Shown here: one piece after another, positions 52,401-61,400 of the stretch
Layout: the number at the start of each line of letters is the position of its first letter
How positions within the stretch are numbered: position 1 is the first letter of the stretch
Assembly (NCBI GenBank): GCA_030390025.1
Contig: JASTWF010000418.1
Location: forward strand, 186,001 to 250,000
Length of the DNA stretch: 64,000 nucleotides
DNA from: Squalus acanthias
Lineage: Eukaryota
Direction: 5' to 3'
Position numbers and translations under genes: made by a program
Notes under the pieces: model-generated
What the model was told of the DNA's origin: nothing
Seen by the model: only the letters and a program-made list of their open reading frames with translations
The model's database searches: none

Positions 52401-55400
52401 TAGACAGGTGAAGATCGAGCCTGAATCCCATTCCCGGACAGGGACCTTTAACATGCTGCTGGAACTGTAGGTCCCATTCTCGTGTTGCGTTGTGTGGCCA
52501 GGCTCCGAGGAGAAGGATGTCTGGCGGTTATTGATGAGCCAGGTGAAGGAGATCTTCCTGGGGTGAAATCCGACTGCCTGACACCCCAATGTGGCCGTCC
52601 CGTTAGTGTCCATTTCATCGTAGGTGGGGGGTAGGACGTAGACGCTGGGAACCGTAGGGTATCGGGCTGGAGATCCACCGGAGAGACAACGGAATGAAGG
52701 CATTAGTGGGCGGTGAGAGATCAGGCCCACCTTGGAGCCCCCCAGTTAATCGCCCCCCAGTTAATCGCCCCCCAGACTGGGGGGAACAGCGAGATCAGCC
52801 CCTCACTCAGAGCCCCCCAGTTAATCACCCCCCAGACTGGGGGGAACAGTGAGATCAGCCCCTCACTCGGTGCCCCCCAGTTAATCGCCCCCCAGACTGG
52901 GGTGAACAGCGAGATCAGCCCCTCACTCAGAGACCCCCAGTTTACCGGCCCCCCAGTTAATCGCCCCCCAGACTGGGGGGGAAGAGCGAGAGGAGCCTGT
53001 AGGATATAGTGTACCTGTAGGATTTAGTAAACATTGTTAAGATTTTGTAACCATTATTAAGTAAGTATAATATGTGAAATTGTATGTTAAAAACCTAAAA
53101 CGCCTGTATAAAATGGCTGGGAAGCAAAGCATGATGGTAAAATTAAGCCAACATTATGTTAACTGGGAGAATAGTGCTGAGTTGGTGTAGATTTTCTGTT
53201 ATATTAAAAACAAGAAGCCAGTGAAGGACAAAGCATTAATTAAGTCTCAAAGTAAGACAAAGGGGTAGAAATTAGGTCGCGCCCCATTTGGGGCGCAAAT
53301 ATCGTCTGGACGCAAATATTAGCGCCTGGCGCTAATTATCGGCACTGACTGGAAACTTCACTTTTACCGCCCCGGGAGGTGAGTGGAGTGCTAAATCAGG
53401 CGCTGCACACCTGTCTTAAGGCGCAAAGGCCAAGGAGTGAGGCGCTACCTCAGAGCGCTGGCGAAGCTCATGTAATGTCAGTCAGCAATGGAACACACAC
53501 ACAATGGCATGGGCCAGTTCTTAAAGGGGATGGTTAATCTTGCTTTCCATCCACATCCTGTTCATTGCAGCCTTGAATCTCGGCCTGGAGAGACTTGCAC
53601 ATCAAATGGAGAGTACCAGGCAAAGAGCTCAGAGTGCAGCTCCCACAATCTCTGCTAAATCGATACAAGGAATGGCAAATCAAAATGAACCTGCAAAGTG
53701 CTGCTCAGTACCCAAAACTCCTTCACACAACGTTGAATCTCTCCAGAAGTCTCTCCCTCTCTCTCTCAGAATGCGTAGTTCAAAAATGCCACCAACAATA
53801 AAAGACAGGAAGAGGCCCCCTTTAAATAGCGCCCCCCCCAGCCCCACAGCGATTGATAGCGTTCCAGTCTTCTGGTCGTTGGATGCGCCAGGCGGTAAGG
53901 CAGGGGGCGCCACTCAATTTCCGCTCCGGGGCGCCACAAGGGCGTTGCACCATGGAATGACGTCACAATCTGCGCGCGCAGGTGGTCGCAGCGGTAAAGT
54001 TTAGCGCCGCCGCACAATCTCTAGTTAAGTTCCCGAGCAGCGCAAACATCGCTGTGCCCGGGCGTTAGCGGCTTTGCGCCCCATTAGCGCCCTCTTAAGG
54101 CGCTAACGGGAGGCGCAACCAACTGAATTTTTACCCCAAAGGGTTTTCAATACCGAACATCCCTCATCGCTGAAGTTTCAGACCAGTCTAGATAATGGGC
54201 TGTGGGAAAGGCAAAAGACCTCCGTCTTAATTCATGGGAAGTCCGGCTATGTGCAAGATCTCAAACTCAAAGTTCACAGCAGAATAGGGGAGGGAATCAT
54301 AGACCGTACTTGTGAAGGTCAGCATGGTGAGATAGCCCAAGCAGCTGCCAGTTGCTATGTATTTTGAAAGGGAAAAAAAAGGTATAAAGGAACAGCTATT
54401 GAACACTGAAAGCAGTGCGAAACCAGAGGTCGAGAAGCTTCAGTCAACAGAACACAGCAAGAGAATAAAGAGACCGCGCCGCAGTCACTCGGAAGGAACG
54501 CCAGGGTTCAATGAACAGACGGTGACTATCTTCTTGTTAAGTATTACTTCTTTATACTGGATGTTTAATAAACCTGTTTTACTGATACACAATATACCTG
54601 GACCCAGAGTGGTTTGTGTCATAGAAACACGGACAAATTAATTCAGAGCTTTAAAAGCTACAAGACCCACCTCAGAGCCCCCCAGTTAATCACCCCCCAG
54701 ACTGGGGGGAAGAGCGAGATCAGCCCCTCACTCAGAGCCCCCCAGTTAATCGCCCCCCAAACTGGGGGAAACGGCGAGATCAGCCCCTCACTCAGAGCCT
54801 CCCAGTTAATCACCCCCCAGACTGGGGGGAAGAGTGAGATCAGCCCCTCACTCAGAGCCTCCCAGTTAATCAGACCCCAGACTGGGGGGAAGAGCGAGAT
54901 CAGCCCCTCACTCGGAGCCCCGCAGTTTACCGGCCCCCCAGATTGGGGGGAACAGCGTTGGGGGGGTTTCTGACGTCTGGGTTGTGATTCCGCGGGGGCT
55001 CATTAACGACAATCGCGGGAACCCGCTGGATTGAAATGGAAGGGGAGTGGGGGGGGGTGGGGGGGGGCCCCGGGGAGGAGCGCCCCTCGCGATCTGTTCC
55101 CCGGGTCACAAACCTCCCCTCCCCTCCCCCGGTGACTGGGAGCCAAGCCCAGGGGTTAACCCACTAAACCTCCAACCCCCAACTCTCTAATCCCAGCACA
55201 AATCTCCACCTCAAACCCCCCAGCCCAATTCAACCTCCCTAACCCCCGAACCCTCGCTGCCCCCCCGCCCCCCCCCCAACAACCCCCAGCAGTCCAGACA
55301 CTCACCTCTGGTCCTGATCTCCTTGACGATCGGCTGGGTCAGCGTCTGGTGTGAGACGACACACTGGTACTTGTCCACATCCACCCAGTCTCGACCCCTG

Positions 55401-58400
55401 ACCTCCAGCTGACTGACGGTGGTGTACCGAGCCGCGGGGTCTCGGGACAGAGGCTGCTCGGTGATTCCCGACCTCACTCGTCTTCCGTCCGAGAACCAGG
55501 AGATCCGCACACTGGGGGGGTAGAATCCGCTGACTAGGCAGAGCAGGGGGGTGAAACCGTTCTCCGATATCTCCCCCGGGGGCGGGTAATGAAGCTGGAC
55601 CGAGGGAGGAGAGGACGATGGCACTGGAACAAGAATCAAGGGGTCAGTCACTGGCCCGAGTGTCTCTGGCCCAGAATCGAGGGGTCAGTCACTGACCTCA
55701 GTGTGTCTGGCCCAGAATCGAGGGGTCAATCACTGACCTCAGTGTGTCTGGTACAGAATCGAGGGGTCATTCTCTGACCTCTGATCTCACAATCACATAT
55801 ATCACAAGAACAGTGTGCGTGACTAGAGGTCTATAAAGATCGTGAGCTTTTCTTTTAGCAGAGAGGGACAAGGACGAAAGGTTCGACGATGGTTAGGTCT
55901 CTACCCACAGGATAAACGGTGTTAATTGTGTTTACTTCTCTGCTTGGTTGAGCACATTAAAAGGTTTAAGTTGAAACCATATTTGGCATCAGATTCGAAT
56001 TCTCTGACACAGGGCAATGGGACTAAGGAGGGAGCTCGGTCAGAGAGAGGGCACGGGGGCGATGGGCTAAATTTCCTCGTCTGCTGTAAAATTCTCTCAC
56101 TTTATGATCCTTGAGTCACAGATATAAACAACAAACTCTAGGATACTTGGAATTCCCACTACAGGTTCTTCCCCTGTGGGACTCCTCACTCCCAAAACTG
56201 TTCGAATCTTCACCTGAAACTGTGGGGACTCCTTGACCTCAAAACTGTAGGATTCTTCACCCCCCAAACTGTGGGACTCCTCTTCCCCAAACTGTGGGAC
56301 TCTTCATCCCCCAAACTGTGGGACTCCTCTACCATAAGACTGTAGGATTCTTCACCTCCAAATTGTGGGACTCCTCATCTCCGAAACTCTGGTACTCCTC
56401 ACCTCCCAAACTCTGAGACTCCTCACCTTCAAACCAATGGAATCCTCATCTCCAATTATTGGGACTCCTCACTCCCAAAATTATTGGTTCTCTCACCTCA
56501 AAAGTGTCGGTCTCCATGACCACCAAACTGTTCAACTCTTCACCCCCAAACTGTGAGTCTCCTCACCCCCAAAACTCTGGGACTCCTTACCCCCAAACTG
56601 TGGGACACCTTCCTTCCAAACTCTGGGACTCCTTACCCACAAACTGTGGGACTCCTCACCCCCAAACTGTGGGACTCCTCACCCCCCAAACTCTGGGACG
56701 CGGCACCCCCAAAACCCTGGGACTCCTCACCACCAAATTGTGGGACTCCTCACTTCCAAACTTTGGGACTCCTCAACCCCGCAAACTGTGGGGACTCCTC
56801 ACCACCAAACTGTAGGACTCCTCAACACCAAACTGTGGGACTGCTCACTTCCAACCTCTGGGAGTCCTCGCCCCCAAACTGTGCAACCTTTCACCCCCAA
56901 ACTGTTGGACTCCTCACCCCCAAATTCTGTGACCCCTCATCTCTCTAAATTGTCCCTTTGTCCTAAAATCAGCTGGTCTTGGCGTAACTCCAAACCACCG
57001 TTCCCTGAACTGCCTCATCTGATGTCCTCCACCCTCCAAGCTTGGCTGTGGGCCATCGACTGCCCGTTCCCATTCCACCCCTCCCTTGCCCCCAAACGGG
57101 TTTCGGACGAGCTCCCCTACCGGCCTCGACCTTCAGTGTAGATCCACAGCCGCACCAATCTGTCGTGTTCTTGTCTCCCAGGTGGTCTGTCATTTGGCAG
57201 AAGTACCTGGTGGAATCTTGCTGCGTGGCATTAGCGATCCGCAGAGACATCTGCTTTCGGCCAAAGTTCTTCTCGGCCACGTAACGGTGAGCTTTCCCAG
57301 CCATGAAGGTTGGGACCTGTGACTTGGGGCTCCAGTACACCAGCTGCTTCATGGCCCCAGTGCCAGGGGGGACGTAACCCCAGATCAAGTACCGGTCGTC
57401 TGTCTTGCGGGAGAATCGGCACTCCATCGTGACCGACTCGCCCTCCCGGACGCTCATTAATGTGGACGAGAATCGGAAGTTCCCACCGCAGGAGGTGAGC
57501 CCTGAAAATAGAGAGAGAGACACAACTCGTGAATCCTCCCACCAAAGATAACTCAGGAAATGTAGGACGGTCGCAGCTAAGGCTGCACTTTGACATTGGT
57601 CAAGGTAAAGCTTGGTACAGAACCTTGGTTAGACCACACTTGGAGCAATGTGCCCAGTCCCGGTCTCCACATACCTTGGATAGACCACACTTGGAGCACT
57701 GTGCACAGTCCCGGTCTCCACATACCTTGGATAGACCACACTTGGAGCACTGTGCACAGTCCCGGTCTCCATATACCTTGGATAGACCACACTTGGAGCA
57801 CTGTGCACAGTCCCGGTCTCCACATACCTTGGATAGACCACACTTGGAGCACTGTGCACAGTCCTGGTCTCCACATACCTTGGATAGACCACACTTGGAG
57901 CAATGTGCACAGTCCCGGTCTCCATATACCTTGGATAGATCACACTTGGAGCAATGTGCCCAGTCCCGGTCTCCATATACCTTGGATAGACCACACTTGG
58001 AGCACTGTGCACAGTTCTGGTCTCCATATACCTTGGTTAGACCACACTTGGAGCAATGTGCCCAGTCCTGGTCTCCATATACCTCGGTTAGACCACACTT
58101 GAAGCAATGTGCCCAGTCCCGGTCTCCACATACCTTGGATAGACCACACTTGGAGCAATGTGCCCAGTCCTGGTCTCCATATACCTTGGTTAGACCACAC
58201 TTGGAGCAATGTGCCCAGTCCCGGTCTCCACATACCTTGGTTAGACCACACTTGGAGCACTGTGCACAGTCCTGGTCTCCATATACCTTGGTTAGACCAC
58301 ACTTGGAGCACTGTGCACAGTCCTGGTCTCCACATACCTCGGTTAGACCACACTTGGAGCACTGTGCCCAGTCCTAATCTCCATATACCTGGGTTAGACC

Positions 58401-61400
58401 ACACTTGTAGCACTGTGCACAGTTCTGGTCTCCACATACCTTGGTTAGACCACTCTTGGAGCAATGTGCCCAGTCCTGGTCTCCATATACCTTGGTTAGA
58501 CCACACTTGGGGCAATGTGCATAGTCCCGGTCTCCATATACCTTGGTTAGACCACACTTGGAGCAATGTGCACAGTCCTGGTCTCCACATCCCTTAGTTA
58601 GACCACGCTTGGAGCAATGTGCACTGTTCTGGTCTCCATATACCTTAGTTAGACCACACTTGGAGCACTGTGCACAGTTCTGGTCTCCACATCCCTTAGT
58701 TAGACCACACTTGGAGCACTGTGCACAGTTCTGGTCTCCACATCCCTTACTTAGACCACACTTGGAGCACTGTGCACAGTTCTGGTCTCCACATCCCTTA
58801 GTTAGACCACGGCTTGGAGCAATGTGCACAGTTCTGGTCTCCATATACCTTAGTTAGACCACACTTGGAGCACTGTGCACAGTTCTGGTCTCCACATCCC
58901 TTAGTTAGACCACACTTGGAGCACTGTGCACAGTTCTGGTCTCCACATCCCTTAGTTAGACCACACTTGGAGCAATGTGCACAGTTCTGCTCTCCACATA
59001 CCTTGGTTAGACCACACTTGGAGCACTGTGCAGAGTTCTGCTCTCCATATACCTTGGTTAGACCACACTTGGAGCAATCTGCACAGTTCTGCTCTCCATC
59101 TACCTTGGTTCGACCACACTTGGAGCGCTGTGCACAGTTCTGCTCTCCATATGCCTTGGTTAGACCACACTTGGAGCACTGTGCACAGTTCTGGTCTCCA
59201 TTTAAAAAAAAAATATTTTATTCGTTTATGGGATCTGGGCGTCGCTGGCAAGGCCAGCATTTATTGTCCATCCCTAGTTGCCCTTGAGAAGGTGGTGGTG
59301 ACTCGATTTCTTGAACCGTTGCAGTCCGTGTGGTGATGGTACTCCCACAGTGCTGTCAGGGAGGGAGTTCCAGGATTTTGACACAGCGACGATGAAGGAT
59401 CGGCCGATATACTTCTAAGTCAGGATGGTGTGTGACTTGGAGGGGAACTTGGAGGTGGTGGTGTTCCCATGTGCCTGCTGCCCTTATCCTTCTCGGTGGA
59501 AGAGGTCGCGGGTTTGGGAGGTGCTGCTGAAGAAGTCTTGGCGAGTTGCTGCAGTGCATCTTGTAGATGATACACACTGCAGCCACGGTACGCCGGTGGC
59601 GGAGGGAGTGAATGTTTAAGGTGGTGGATGGGGTGCCAATCAAGCGGGCTGCTTTGTCCTGGATGGTGTCGAGCTTCTTGAGTGTTATTGGAGCTGCACT
59701 CATCCAGGCAAGTGGAGAGTATTCCATCACACTCCTGACTTGTGCCTTGTAGATGGTGGAAAGGCTTTGGGGAGTCAGGAGGTGAGACACTCGCCACAGA
59801 ATACCCAGCCTCTGACCTGCTCTTGGTGCCATAGTATTTATGTGGCTGGTCCAGTTAAGTTTCTGGTTAATGTTGACCCCCAGGATGTTGATGGTGGGGA
59901 ATTCGGCGACGGTAATGCCATTGAATGTCAAGGAGAGTTGGTTAGATTCTCGCTTGTTGGCGATAATCATTGCCTGGCACTTCTGTGGCGCGAATGTTAC
60001 CTGCCACTTATCAGCCCAAGCCTGAACGTCGTCCAGGTCTTGTTGCATGCGGGCATGGACTGCTTCATTATCTGTGGAGTTGTGAATGGCGCTGAACACT
60101 GTGCAGTCATCAGCGAACATCCCCATTTCTGACCTTATGTTGGAGGGAAGGTCATTGATGAAGCAGCTGAAGATGGTTGGGCCGAGGACACTCCCCTGAG
60201 GAACTCCTGCAGTGATGTTCTGGGGCTGTGATGATTGACCTTCAACCACCACAACCATCTTCCTTTGTGCTAGGTATGACTCCAGCCAGTGGGGTAGACC
60301 ACACTTGGAGCTAGTTCTGGTCTCCACATCCCTTGGTTAGACCACACTTGGAGCAATGTGCACAGTTCTGCTCTCCATATAACTTGGTTAGACCACACTT
60401 GGAGCACTGTGCACAGTTCTGTTCTCCATATACCTTGGTTAGACCACACTTGGAGCACTGTGCACAGTTCTGTTCTCCATAAACCTTGGTTAGACCGCAC
60501 TTGGAGCACTGTGAACAGTTCTGTTCTCCATATACATTGGTTAGACCGCACTTGGAGCACTGTGAACAGTTCTGTTCTCCATATACCTTGGTTAGACCGC
60601 ACTTGGAGCACTGTGAACAGTTCTGTTCTCCATATATCTTGGTTAGACCACACTTGGAGCACTGTGCACAGTTCTGTTCTCCATATACCTTGGTTAGACC
60701 ACACTTGGAGCACTGTGCACAGTTCTGGCCTCCATATTACAAAAAAATACAGAAAGGCATTGAAAAAGCTGCAATAAAAATTTACAAGGATGATGCCAGA
60801 ACTGAGAGGATATACTTACCAGGAAAGACTGAACAGGCTAGGGCTCTTTTCTCTCGAAAAAGAGAAGGCTGATAGAGGTCTTTCAAATTATGAAACGGTT
60901 TGATAGGGTAAACAGAGACAAAATGTTTCCACTTGCAGAGGAGACCAGAACTAGTTGACATAAATAAATGATAGTCACTAAGGCGATTGACAAAAGAACT
61001 AGAGGCAACATGAGGAAAAGCTTCAATACGCAGCGAGTGATTAGGATCGGGAATGCACTGCTTAATGGGGCGATGGATACAGACTCAATAGTGGCCTTCA
61101 AAAGGGAATTGGATAAATACTTGAAGGAGAAAACATTGCAGGGATCTGGGGAGTGAGCGGGGGTGAATGGGACTAACTGGGTTGCTCTTAGAAAGAGCTG
61201 ATGCAGACTCGATGGGCTGAATGGCCTCCTTCTGTGCTGTACTATTCTACGATTCTAATAAATTGAAGAAGGAATTCAGGAGAAACTTCTTTACCCAGGG
61301 AGTGCTGAGAATGTGGAACTCGCTACCACAGGGAGTGGTTGAGGCGAATATCACAGAGGTCTTTAAGGGGAGGCTAGATAAAGACATGAGGGAGAAAGGA

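Noticed and set aside
49177-54004. ORFs of 150-180 aa inside the MITE copies as a transposase
   Set aside because: No DDE or Myb-like motifs recognisable, and the frames are not conserved in the 18039-18910 copy.
27296-60730. Many perfect RSS heptamers (CACAGTG/CACTGTG) in the 42-bp arrays, including just upstream of the V exon
   Set aside because: No ACAAAAACC-like nonamer at 12 or 23 bp spacing (tctaaccaa, tatatggag). The sequence is CR1 ORF2-derived and is not adjacent to coding segments.
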